Made by a program: the position numbers and the translations under genes. The notes below the pieces were generated by a model. That model did not search any database, was not told the origin of the DNA, and saw only the letters and a program-made list of their open reading frames with translations. Below are positions 39,261 to 48,399 of a stretch of DNA of 64,000 bases, piece by piece (position 1 is the stretch's first letter; every line of letters begins with the position of its first letter). The DNA is from PVC group bacterium (GTDB taxonomy: Bacteria > Omnitrophota > Gorgyraeia > B26-G9): contig JAAEQR010000142.1 of NCBI GenBank assembly GCA_024231215.1, positions 356,593 to 420,592 of the forward strand. Direction: 5' to 3'.

Positions 39261-40511
39261 TTACGTGTACATCGAAAAAATATAGTTAGCTTCCATTGCC
39301 GCCTGATCTATTTCCTTATTCAGAAAATTATCTGAATACTTTCCGGAACGAATAGTCTTCAATACCCGGTCACAAAACGCATTTATAATTCTCTCTAAGG
39401 TACCTAAAAGAGGAGAAGCCGGTAAAGACTTTCCATTTTTAAGCGTAGCTGATATAACTTCATATTCCTGTTTAGAATCTTTAAAATACTTTTTTAATAG
39501 TGACGTCCGGGAAGGAAAAACCCCGATCCGGTAACCATGCCGCATTTGAGATTCAGAAGAAACCAAAAAACGTATCCACTCCGCAGATTCTTCCGGATAA
39601 CGACTCCATTTCGGAACAGCAAGACTACTCCCGCCAATAAACTGGTACTTACCTTTTGGTCCTTCCGGGAAAGAAATAACCCCGTAATTCTTAGCCACCT
39701 TGCGCGAATAATTTGAATGCTTTAAATTGGAAAGATTATATAGCGGGGACTTTCCGATAATTTCCATCGCATATCTTCCGGAAAAAAAAGTTCCGGCAGG
39801 AATAACTCCATATCGTTTTTTACTGTTTTGCCCGCCATAAAGCCCGTTAACTAAATCAAAATACCAGCGAATGGCCTTTTTAGCTTTAGGACCATCAAAA
39901 GCAACTTTGGTAAGATCCGGTGATAAAAAATCACCGCCCATCCCCCATATCCAGGGAGCTAAATCATGAATAAGAATAACCTCGCTATGTCCGGAAAGTC
40001 TAAAAGGAAATTTATCCTGTATGGATTTTCTTTTATTTTGAATCGTAAGACATACGTTCTTAAAAAGGTCAAACGTCTTAAGATCTTTAGGTTCAAAACC
40101 AAATGACTTTAAAATATCACTACGATAATAAAGCATCCGGATATCCGCCAACCAAGGCATCCCCGCCAAACCATCACTGTCCAACGAACGCGAGGCTTCT
40201 TTTAACGGCACAATAAGATCAGCCTTTACCTCTTCATCAAAAAAGCTGCTTATATCTCTCAAAACCCCAAGATAAGACAGTGTAGATACCCAGGTAGTAC
40301 CAATTTGAATAATATCAGGTGGGACAAGCTCGCTCTGATGCTTATGCACATTCATCAGACGATCCCAGGCATGACTCCAGGGAATAATTGTAGGTTCAAT
40401 CCGAATATTAGCATGCCACTTTTCGAAATTAGCAATTTCTTTCTCGATCACATTCAAAGTATCGAAATCACCGTTAGGCATCAACCAAAAATTTAATTTT
40501 ACAGGAGACAT
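39261..40511 (-). CDS. extracellular-solute-binding-protein (family 1)-like protein without signal peptide
   Basis: SBP-fold features start at residue 1 (MSPVKLNFWLMPNGD...). No hydrophobic leader or lipobox; an in-frame stop lies 5 codons upstream of the ATG. Confidence 0.55.
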   Translation of the reverse strand: MSPVKLNFWLMPNGDFDTLNVIEKEIANFEKWHANIRIEPTIIPWSHAWDRLMNVHKHQSELVPPDIIQIGTTWVSTLSYLGVLRDISSFFDEEVKADLIVPLKEASRSLDSDGLAGMPWLADIRMLYYRSDILKSFGFEPKDLKTFDLFKNVCLTIQNKRKSIQDKFPFRLSGHSEVILIHDLAPWIWGMGGDFLSPDLTKVAFDGPKAKKAIRWYFDLVNGLYGGQNSKKRYGVIPAGTFFSGRYAMEIIGKSPLYNLSNLKHSNYSRKVAKNYGVISFPEGPKGKYQFIGGSSLAVPKWSRYPEESAEWIRFLVSSESQMRHGYRIGVFPSRTSLLKKYFKDSKQEYEVISATLKNGKSLPASPLLGTLERIINAFCDRVLKTIRSGKYSDNFLNKEIDQAAMEANYIFSMYT

Positions 40512-40681
40512 AGTAAACCTATTTCTTCCTTATAACGCCACTTATTCTCTTACATTAATCACATATACTATCATCAAATATAATACATGTAAATACTATT
40601 TTTGACATCATGGAAATTTAATCCGAATCTAACTTAGATCCTTATTGGGAAGAAATATGGATTGCAATTATGGCAGGTATT

Positions 40682-40851
40682 TTAACTCAGATTTTGCATT
40701 AGACACAGATAAAGAGTGCTAAGATTTTTGAGATTAAACAGTTACAAAAAACACAGACATACCTACTGGGTACGTCGAGGCTTTTTGTAACTTGTTTAAA
40801 CCAAAAAAATTAGTGCTATTTGCTGTGGGCTAATGCAAATTCTGGGTTTAA
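40682..40851. mobile_element. MITE-like palindromic element, long copy (about 170 bp)
   Basis: Imperfect terminal inverted repeats ttaactcagattttgcattag (40682-40702) and ctaatgcaaattctgggtttaa (40830-40851). Internal agtgcta direct repeats. The right end overlaps the stop codon of the PEP-CTERM gene. Confidence 0.5.
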
Positions 40852-41651
40852 CTGCGTTTGCGCATTGTATAAAAACCAAAAACTCCGCTTAAAAACATAA
40901 GTACAGTGGAAGGTTCTGGAATAACAGTTATCGGATTAACATATGTAGCCGATGATACACCCCAAGCATATTGACTACTCGTCCCTTGAAATTCATACCA
41001 ACCTACAGTTTCCGCTTCATGCCAAGTAGTATATAAACCATACCACCGACCGTCAACGCCACGATCATCATAGCCAAAAACTGGAACAGAATGATCAACG
41101 GAACCATCTCCGTCACTATCTACAGAAAATAACATCGGGCATCCGGCATCAATTTCCGCAACAAAATCATTCCAGGAAAAACTACCAAACCCAACTCTCC
41201 AGGAGACAAAATCATAACCTCTATAGGCAGCATAATCTTCAAACCCATCATCAATTTCACTACCATATGTCCCGCCATACCCACGAGGGTCCACAGAAGT
41301 ATACATAAAATCAGCAATACTTGTATACGGGGGTGTAGGTAAATTAGGATCATCTGGATCTGAATCATATTTTGCATTATGCGCCGGGCTGGATATTTGA
41401 TCCTGAACATTTACTGTCCATCTTATATTTTCCCAGCCATTAGCATCAAATAAATTCGAATACCCTTTCACATCCCAGTATCCAAAAACAGAACCAGCCG
41501 CAGTCGGAGAGCAACCATGATACCAGTCATATGAAGGCACATCATCTATAATATATGCATCCGCGAAAAGCGGTGCAGCTAGACTCAAGACAAATATTAC
41601 AGTTAATAATAAGATCGTTTTTCTGGACATAATATGTATAAATCCTTTCAC
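40848..41651 (-). CDS. PEP-CTERM-anchored secreted protein with peptidase C39-like (papain-fold) domain
   Basis: Signal peptide. Cys motif WYHGCSPTAAG and His motif DHSVPVFGYDD. C-terminal VIPEPSTVLMFLSGVFGFYTMRKRS PEP-CTERM sorting signal. Confidence 0.6.
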   Translation of the reverse strand: MKGFIHIMSRKTILLLTVIFVLSLAAPLFADAYIIDDVPSYDWYHGCSPTAAGSVFGYWDVKGYSNLFDANGWENIRWTVNVQDQISSPAHNAKYDSDPDDPNLPTPPYTSIADFMYTSVDPRGYGGTYGSEIDDGFEDYAAYRGYDFVSWRVGFGSFSWNDFVAEIDAGCPMLFSVDSDGDGSVDHSVPVFGYDDRGVDGRWYGLYTTWHEAETVGWYEFQGTSSQYAWGVSSATYVNPITVIPEPSTVLMFLSGVFGFYTMRKRS

Positions 41652-41794
41652 ATTTTAAAAATATATAATATATAAATATAAAAACCCTTAAAATTATACC
41701 ATATTATTTGATTTTCGCAAGGGCATGAGATAAAAATAGACATTTATCCGTAACAGCTTGATAAATAAAGAGTTGCGGGTTTGGTTTCGTGGAA

Positions 41795-42571
41795 TTACTT
41801 TTTTTTCATTTTTATCATTTGCAACGCTTTTACAGCTGCCTCACGCACATAATCATTTTCATCTTCCGATGCCTTTTTCAAGACCGTTACGGCGCTTTCA
41901 TCAGCTATTTTTCCCAACCCCTGCGCTGCTAAACATCTTTCTCCTTCCCCCATTTTTTTATTCTTCAAGACCTTAATCAATCCGGGAACTGCCCTCGGAT
42001 CCATTATTTCCCCTAATGCCTTTATTACTCGCCAACGCATGTCACTATCCGTATAAGTTAACATAGAAATCAAAGAAGTTGCTGCTGGCTCACCTATTTT
42101 GATAAGTACAACAAAAGTCCTTTCCCTGATCTCCATATCTCCGGTTTTTATAATATCAATCAGAACCGGTACTGCCTTTTCTCCAATATCCGATAAAGCC
42201 TTAGCTGCTTTTGAGCAAACAGTCTCTTCGGAATCATTACACATACTTTGAATTAAAGCCTCAACTGCTTTATCTGCCCGGAGCACACCTAAAGCTTCTG
42301 CAGCTTTCCAGCGTAAATTTGAATAATTGCTTTTCCTCAGAATACGCAAAAGCATTTCAATCCCGTATTGCTCCATATAAATAAGATCCTGGATCGCGCT
42401 TTCACGCACACGCCAGTCTACATCCTTCAATTTCTCAGAGATTTTTTTTAATTGATGTTTTACGTTTAGGCGTTTTTTAATAAAGGCAAGTCCTTTTGTC
42501 CCTAAAATAAGCACGATGATAATATATACTGCGGGTAAAATGTATGGCGATTCTAATATAAATTCTTTCAT
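41795..42571 (-). CDS. HEAT/PBS-lyase-like repeat protein with N-terminal TM anchor
   Basis: Repeated VRE(S/A)A..AL modules (VRESAIQDL, RWKAAEALG, VREAAVKAL). Confidence 0.6.
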   Translation of the reverse strand: MKEFILESPYILPAVYIIIVLILGTKGLAFIKKRLNVKHQLKKISEKLKDVDWRVRESAIQDLIYMEQYGIEMLLRILRKSNYSNLRWKAAEALGVLRADKAVEALIQSMCNDSEETVCSKAAKALSDIGEKAVPVLIDIIKTGDMEIRERTFVVLIKIGEPAATSLISMLTYTDSDMRWRVIKALGEIMDPRAVPGLIKVLKNKKMGEGERCLAAQGLGKIADESAVTVLKKASEDENDYVREAAVKALQMIKMKKK

Positions 42572-42647
42572 CCATATCCTAAGTTAAAATATATAAATAA
42601 ATGATACTCCTATAGATAAAATATGTCAACAACAAACCGGGCCAGCA

Positions 42648-43172
42648 TTAATCTTCAAGCCATAATCCACGCTTTTGCTGTTTAGCTTCATTTTGGAGTT
42701 TCAATAATTCTTGTTCATACTTTATATTTGGCGGGATAATATAAACAGTAGCGTATCCGTCCTCGACCAGGCTGGCATTAAGAAACGTACCATCTTTTAA
42801 GTAGACATAGGCCAGTAATCGATCATATGTATCAAAGCGCTGTTTATCAAACTCCAGTTGTACTCGCTTACCCTCTACTAGTTTCTTTGTATATTGATAA
42901 GACGCATAGCCCATCTTTTGAATCGTTTTAATATCTTTTTTTAATCTACGGCTGTCCCTGTACAGTTTATCTGATTCATGGTATTCCGGAGTATCTATCC
43001 CCAAAAGTCTTACTCTTTGTTTGTTTTCCAGTTTCAAAGTATCACCATCTACAACTCTACGAACTAAAACATTATCATAATCAACCTGTTTTTTTATTAA
43101 TCCAGACGTAAAGAAAAAAATAAAAACACAGGATATAATAAATGTAATTGTAAGAACAACACGTTTTATCAT
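42648..43172 (-). CDS. thermonuclease (SNase-like), membrane-anchored/secreted
   Basis: VVDGDTLKL...RVRLLGIDTPE. Confidence 0.7.
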   Translation of the reverse strand: MIKRVVLTITFIISCVFIFFFTSGLIKKQVDYDNVLVRRVVDGDTLKLENKQRVRLLGIDTPEYHESDKLYRDSRRLKKDIKTIQKMGYASYQYTKKLVEGKRVQLEFDKQRFDTYDRLLAYVYLKDGTFLNASLVEDGYATVYIIPPNIKYEQELLKLQNEAKQQKRGLWLED

Positions 43173-43181
43173 AGCACCTTC

Positions 43182-43820
43182 TTACTCTAAATCCGGAAAC
43201 CTGATCATAATTGTATCCATTATATGTTTAAACAAAAGAGCTTTTGAGTCATATATTGTTTTATTACAGCTAACATGAAACACTGCGACATAAGAATTAT
43301 TCTCAGTAGAGTGAAAAAGATATGTTAACATTTTCCTCCCATTATTAAGATCAAAATCTGTAACTAAAGCCTGCATCCCGTTAAATTCATCCTTGCTCAT
43401 TTCTCCTTTTTTGATAAGTCTGCGACTTGTAGCCATCTGAATCCGGGCTTCCCCGTCTTTTTCCATCTGATCCACATACATTTTTGCCTCTTTAACATTC
43501 ATAACAATAGCTACCAAAGACACTGCCCTTTGAGGAGCAAAAAAACCAGTAACATGAGTTGTATCCCATTCCAGTTTACTAAACTCCTCTATATTCCCGT
43601 TATATCGTAAAAACATCTCTTTACGCTGCTTCTCATAACTGTGATGGAATACTTGTTTTTCCTCATGATTAAATTCCCCCCAGTCAAAGGGAACTTCAAA
43701 GGACAACATTTCGTCGTTGTATTTTTTAAATGTTATCTTTTCCTCAGCAAACACAACCCCGCTCAAACTCAAAACAATAAAACTTATTAAAACACCTACT
43801 TTGATGGTGGTTCTTATCAT
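43182..43820 (-). CDS. hypothetical secreted protein
   Basis: Signal peptide; 212 aa; no recognisable motif. Confidence 0.4.
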   Translation of the reverse strand: MIRTTIKVGVLISFIVLSLSGVVFAEEKITFKKYNDEMLSFEVPFDWGEFNHEEKQVFHHSYEKQRKEMFLRYNGNIEEFSKLEWDTTHVTGFFAPQRAVSLVAIVMNVKEAKMYVDQMEKDGEARIQMATSRRLIKKGEMSKDEFNGMQALVTDFDLNNGRKMLTYLFHSTENNSYVAVFHVSCNKTIYDSKALLFKHIMDTIMIRFPDLE

Positions 43821-43830
43821 AATATCCTCC

Positions 43831-44733
43831 TTATTCTCCCAATTGGCTCATCATCTGCTGTGCTTGCTTACCCATTGGTGATTCCGGAGCAATCTTTATC
43901 ATCTCTTTCAGCTGACCAATCGCCAGGATCTTCTGCTTGGTATTAAAATACACACCTCCCAAATTCCAACGTGCATTAAGATTTTTAGGCGCTAAGCTAA
44001 CTGCTGTCTCAAGCGGTTGTTTAGCATCCTGCATTCTACCAAGCCCAAGATAGTAACTACCAAAATTAAACCATGCCGCAGAATCTTGATCATCAAGTTC
44101 TATTGCTTTTTTAAGATGCACCTCTGCCTCGGAAATTTTGTTTTGCAGTAAAAAAGCAACCCCTAGATTTGTATGGGCCGCAGAAGTTGGTCTTATAGCT
44201 ATAGCCTTTTCTAACGTTTGCACTGCACGATCAAGTTTACCTTGGGCTCCGTAGGCTGACCCCAAACCAGCTAAGATATACACATTTTTCGGGGCAATAG
44301 CAGCAGCCTTCTCAAAATATTCCACAAAGATTTCGATATCACCACCTGCTTTAGGCGAAGCTAACATTCCGTTCAAGATAATAATGTTAGCACTTTTAGG
44401 AAATTTCGAAAGAGTTGTCTCTGCCCAGGAACGAAGCGATTTTAGCGCTGCAGGATCAGAGAAAGGAAAGTCAAATCCTGTAAGCTGTATCTGAGTTCTA
44501 TCTTCCAAAACATCGGCCGCAAGATCAGCCACATAAGCCGCCATCTCATTCTCAGGATGATCAGTACTTACCCTGCGAGATATCTCCAGTGCTTTTTTCC
44601 AATTATTTTGTTCTATTGCCCCAACCAAAGACGCGTTTGTCGTCCCAATAATTTCCTCTTTTTCCTGGGCCTGAACTATTGGACACAAAAATAAACTAAT
44701 AATAAACATTGCACAAATAAATTGACGTAACAT
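43831..44733 (-). CDS. TPR-repeat secreted protein
   Basis: Signal peptide plus multiple TPR units (AYGAQGKLDRAVQTLEKAIAIRP...). Confidence 0.6.
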   Translation of the reverse strand: MLRQFICAMFIISLFLCPIVQAQEKEEIIGTTNASLVGAIEQNNWKKALEISRRVSTDHPENEMAAYVADLAADVLEDRTQIQLTGFDFPFSDPAALKSLRSWAETTLSKFPKSANIIILNGMLASPKAGGDIEIFVEYFEKAAAIAPKNVYILAGLGSAYGAQGKLDRAVQTLEKAIAIRPTSAAHTNLGVAFLLQNKISEAEVHLKKAIELDDQDSAAWFNFGSYYLGLGRMQDAKQPLETAVSLAPKNLNARWNLGGVYFNTKQKILAIGQLKEMIKIAPESPMGKQAQQMMSQLGE

Positions 44734-44760
44734 CGCATTTCCCTCCTATGTATTCTAAAA

Positions 44761-45723
44761 TTATATTACTAATTTTGGTTTATCAGAAAAAAACTTCTCC
44801 ACCAGGAATGAATATTTACCAAGACTTCTCGTTCTTGAAACCGCCTTCAAAATCTTATCGCCGCCAACAAAAGCTTTTGCCCAATATTGCCATATCTCCT
44901 TCAACTTATCTGTTATATGCGCCGGCCCGCTTAATTCCTTTTGATAAGCCGCAAATATCTCATCATGAAAACTGATGAAACGATCAAGTTTTTCCTGCTC
45001 TGTACTGTTAGTCAAATTCTTTATTTGTTCTGGTAAAAATGGATTAGTAATACCTCCTCGACCAATCATCCACTGACTAATCATCGGCAAACGCTTAACC
45101 AGTTTTTTAAACGTTGCGAGCGAATCGATATCTCCGTTATAAACAATTGTATGTTTGGTCAAAGAAACACTTTCCTCAAAAGCAGATATATCTACTTTCC
45201 CTTCATACATCTGCGTTCCCAAACGAGGATGAATAATAATATTTTCCAAAGGAATTGCATCAAGCTTCGGTAGCAGATCAAAAAGCTCTTTATTATTTTC
45301 CTTGCCAAGCCTGACTTTAAGAGATATCTGATTAGGAACAGCCGGGATAACTTCTTCTAAGAACTTAATAATTCTATCGGTAAAAGGAAGCAACCCAGAT
45401 CCCCTTATCTTATTTCTGACCTTTTTATTCGGACATCCGAGATTCCAGTTCACAGTCTTATAACCTAAATCAAACGTAGCTTTAGCCACAGAAATAAAGT
45501 CCTTAGGCGTATTACTCAAAACTTGAGGAATTAATTCAAAACGCGTGTTATTCCTCTTCAGGAAAAGATCCCGTAAAACATTACTCTCACTGCTGTCAAC
45601 ATGACAACTCCGAATAAACGGAGTAACCGCATAATCATATCCCTCAAAAAATTTGGAATATACATTTCGATACACACAGCCGGTCACACCCTGAATCGGG
45701 GCCATATATAAAACTGGTTTCAT
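44761..45723 (-). CDS. tRNA-dihydrouridine synthase
   Basis: YMAPIQGVTGCVYRNV...NLGCPNKKV (Dus family). Confidence 0.75.
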   Translation of the reverse strand: MKPVLYMAPIQGVTGCVYRNVYSKFFEGYDYAVTPFIRSCHVDSSESNVLRDLFLKRNNTRFELIPQVLSNTPKDFISVAKATFDLGYKTVNWNLGCPNKKVRNKIRGSGLLPFTDRIIKFLEEVIPAVPNQISLKVRLGKENNKELFDLLPKLDAIPLENIIIHPRLGTQMYEGKVDISAFEESVSLTKHTIVYNGDIDSLATFKKLVKRLPMISQWMIGRGGITNPFLPEQIKNLTNSTEQEKLDRFISFHDEIFAAYQKELSGPAHITDKLKEIWQYWAKAFVGGDKILKAVSRTRSLGKYSFLVEKFFSDKPKLVI

Positions 45724-45743
45724 AATATCCTTGCAAATATATT

Positions 45744-46061
45744 TTAAGATTTAATCATCGTTAGCATCATTTTGAATTTTTCTATTGCTTTTAAAGCATG
45801 CGGCTTATTTGCCGGCATTATAACCATCTCGCCGGCATTAACGGTCATTGGACTACCGTCAATTGTGATTTCTGCTTGTCCGTCAATGATATTGACCATA
45901 GCATCAAACGGAGCGGTATGTTCGCTTAATCCCTGATCTTTATCAAAGGCAAATACAGTCACGGTTCCCGTTTCTTTTTTTATTAAGGTTTTACTAACCA
46001 CAGCCCCAGCCTGATAATCAATTAATCCCTCTAAATTATTCACATAATTTTCCTGAGACAT
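45744..46061 (-). CDS. cupin-domain protein
   Basis: 105 aa; conserved-barrel motif GEMVIMPANKPHAL. Confidence 0.5.
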   Translation of the reverse strand: MSQENYVNNLEGLIDYQAGAVVSKTLIKKETGTVTVFAFDKDQGLSEHTAPFDAMVNIIDGQAEITIDGSPMTVNAGEMVIMPANKPHALKAIEKFKMMLTMIKS

Positions 46062-46070
46062 ATTTTCTCC

Positions 46071-47987
46071 TTATTTTGCCTTTTCAGAAACAGTTTTTTT
46101 CTGAGTAAAAAGTGAAACCACGATCAAAGTTATAAAACTCAATGGGATCGAAACAATCCCCGGATTACTAAAAGGAATTAGCGCAGTTGACGGATCCAAT
46201 CCATATTTTACATACATGCTAGGACTAATCAAGATCAGTCCTACTGCCGCAATAATACCAACCACAATTGAAGCAACAATCCCCGAAGATGTAGTCTTCT
46301 TCCAGAATAAAACCATTAATATCGCCGGTAGATTTGCCGAAGCAGCTACCGCAAAGGCCCACCCTACCAAAAATGATACATTCATGCCTTTGAAAATAAT
46401 CCCCATAATTATCGCAATTATCCCAACAACAACAGCCGCTACTTTCCCGGCAAACACCTGCTGCTTGTCACTTTTGATCACACCGGCAAACCGATCCAAA
46501 ACATCATGCGCCACAGCACCTGAAGCAGCTACAATCAATCCGCTAACAGTCCCGAGTACAGTAGCAAAGGCAATCGCTGAAATCATCGAGAATAAAAATG
46601 TCCCGAATGTCCGTGCTAAAAGCGGCGCCGACATATTACTGCTGGTCACATTTAATACACCATTTGCCATTGCGCCTAAGCCCATAAATAACGTCAGAAT
46701 ATAGAAAAACCCTATCGCAGCAATTGCTACAATCGTTGATTTTCGAGCACATGCTGGGGTTTTAACCGTATAATAACGAATTAAAATATGAGGTAATGCC
46801 GCTGTTCCAAAAAACAAAGCCAGCATTAAAGAAATAAAATCCAGTTTTTCTAAAGGCGTACCTTCAACTTTAAATTTCACCCCAGGACGCATAATCTTAT
46901 TACCCGGTGTCTCTACAGGATAATACACTGTTACCTGATCCCCATTGTTTTTGAATTTTTCCTTTTTCCATCGTTTAACAACCGTATCTTTATCTGAGAA
47001 ATATGATAAAAATTCAAACACTCCCACCGGCCCGGTCTTAGCCTCTTCTCCGGTTTTACCCTTGATCCTTACCAGGTTTCCCACCTGACGCAATTGATTC
47101 TCTTTAGAAGCCAGCGCACCATTAATCCATGCTTTTCCATCAACAGTTTTAACTTGCGACTGGGATTCCTTTAATACAAGACCCGCATTTTCAGATATTT
47201 CTTTTAACCACCAATTTTTAGACCCATCTTTTAAAAGTTCTACAAATGTATGCCCATGAGCATCAATCTGGCGCAAATACTTAAATGATGCATCTGCCGG
47301 AATCACCTTATCCCCTGCCATCGCCGCATTGATTGTCGCATACTTATAAAAAGGAACTTCACCATTCTGATCCGGAGTAGTAGTTAAGCCGCGATTAAAA
47401 AGCGCAATACAAAGGATTGTAGAAAAAACAATCAACAAAGCTCCTTTTAAAAACTGAACGTAGGTAGTCGAAGCCATCCCAGCCGTAGCAACAATTGTAA
47501 TTACAATCGCACCCACCATAATAACACCAACATAATGAGGCAATCCTAAGAGCGGCGTAACCAAAACGCCTGCACCCACCATCTGAGGTATCAAATAAAA
47601 CAAAGAAACAACCAAGGTACTAACTGCAGCAGCTAAACGAATCCCTTTAGAACCAAATTTTGAATCAAGCGCATCTGCAAAAGTGTACTTTCCCAATCGT
47701 TTCATAGGTTCAGCCACGACAAACAATGCAACAACCCAGCCGGCTAAGTATCCAATCGAATATAGAAACCCGTCATACCCGACTGTAGCGATCATTCCGC
47801 AAATCCCTAAAAAAGATGCCGCTGACAAATAATCACCGGCAAAAGCAATCCCGTTAACCGCCCAATGGATTTCACCACCTGCAGCAAAATACCCTTTAGA
47901 TGACGTGGTTTTTTTTGCAAAATAAAAAGAAACAAATAAAACAATTCCGACAAAAAGCACAAATAAAAAAACAGGAAGCAATGCCAT
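46071..47987 (-). CDS. sodium:solute symporter (ActP-like) with a large soluble insertion
   Basis: SSS-family TM core; 638 aa including an insert of roughly 150 aa (KYATINAAMAG...VKFKVEG) between TM regions. Confidence 0.75.
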   Translation of the reverse strand: MALLPVFLFVLFVGIVLFVSFYFAKKTTSSKGYFAAGGEIHWAVNGIAFAGDYLSAASFLGICGMIATVGYDGFLYSIGYLAGWVVALFVVAEPMKRLGKYTFADALDSKFGSKGIRLAAAVSTLVVSLFYLIPQMVGAGVLVTPLLGLPHYVGVIMVGAIVITIVATAGMASTTYVQFLKGALLIVFSTILCIALFNRGLTTTPDQNGEVPFYKYATINAAMAGDKVIPADASFKYLRQIDAHGHTFVELLKDGSKNWWLKEISENAGLVLKESQSQVKTVDGKAWINGALASKENQLRQVGNLVRIKGKTGEEAKTGPVGVFEFLSYFSDKDTVVKRWKKEKFKNNGDQVTVYYPVETPGNKIMRPGVKFKVEGTPLEKLDFISLMLALFFGTAALPHILIRYYTVKTPACARKSTIVAIAAIGFFYILTLFMGLGAMANGVLNVTSSNMSAPLLARTFGTFLFSMISAIAFATVLGTVSGLIVAASGAVAHDVLDRFAGVIKSDKQQVFAGKVAAVVVGIIAIIMGIIFKGMNVSFLVGWAFAVAASANLPAILMVLFWKKTTSSGIVASIVVGIIAAVGLILISPSMYVKYGLDPSTALIPFSNPGIVSIPLSFITLIVVSLFTQKKTVSEKAK

Positions 47988-48292
47988 TATTTGCCTCCTT
48001 TCTTTTTACTCTTCTTTTCGGATAGACCATTTACACGATTTTCTTCTTTTGCACACATCGCGTTATAAATCAACGCCAGAACCAACGCAAATATAATCAA
48101 TCCAAAACCATAAACAACGGCCAGATTTAATCCACTAAAAATAATTTTCTCCATTAATACCGGTTTGACAATATTAATCACGACAAATCCAGCATAGATC
48201 AACCCGTACAATGCAAACATATACGCGCCAACACGCATCTTATATTCCGAAGCATTATCTGGGCCTGAACTTGCTGCAGGCTTATGTAACAT
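47987..48292 (-). CDS. DUF485 membrane protein (YjcH-like partner of ActP)
   Basis: 2-TM 101-aa protein directly upstream of and overlapping the symporter start. Confidence 0.6.
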   Translation of the reverse strand: MLHKPAASSGPDNASEYKMRVGAYMFALYGLIYAGFVVINIVKPVLMEKIIFSGLNLAVVYGFGLIIFALVLALIYNAMCAKEENRVNGLSEKKSKKKGGK

Positions 48293-48399
48293 ATCTTTTT
48301 CCTTTCAAGTTATATTGCTAAAAATAACTCGTCCCACCAGTCTCCAGCCAAACTGGATTCGGTTATTATATCATATTTTGTAATAATACCAAGAATTTA

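Noticed and set aside
40512-41794. Absence of an exosortase gene next to the PEP-CTERM protein as evidence the tail is non-functional
   Set aside because: Exosortases are often encoded far from their substrates, so nothing can be concluded from a 64-kb window.
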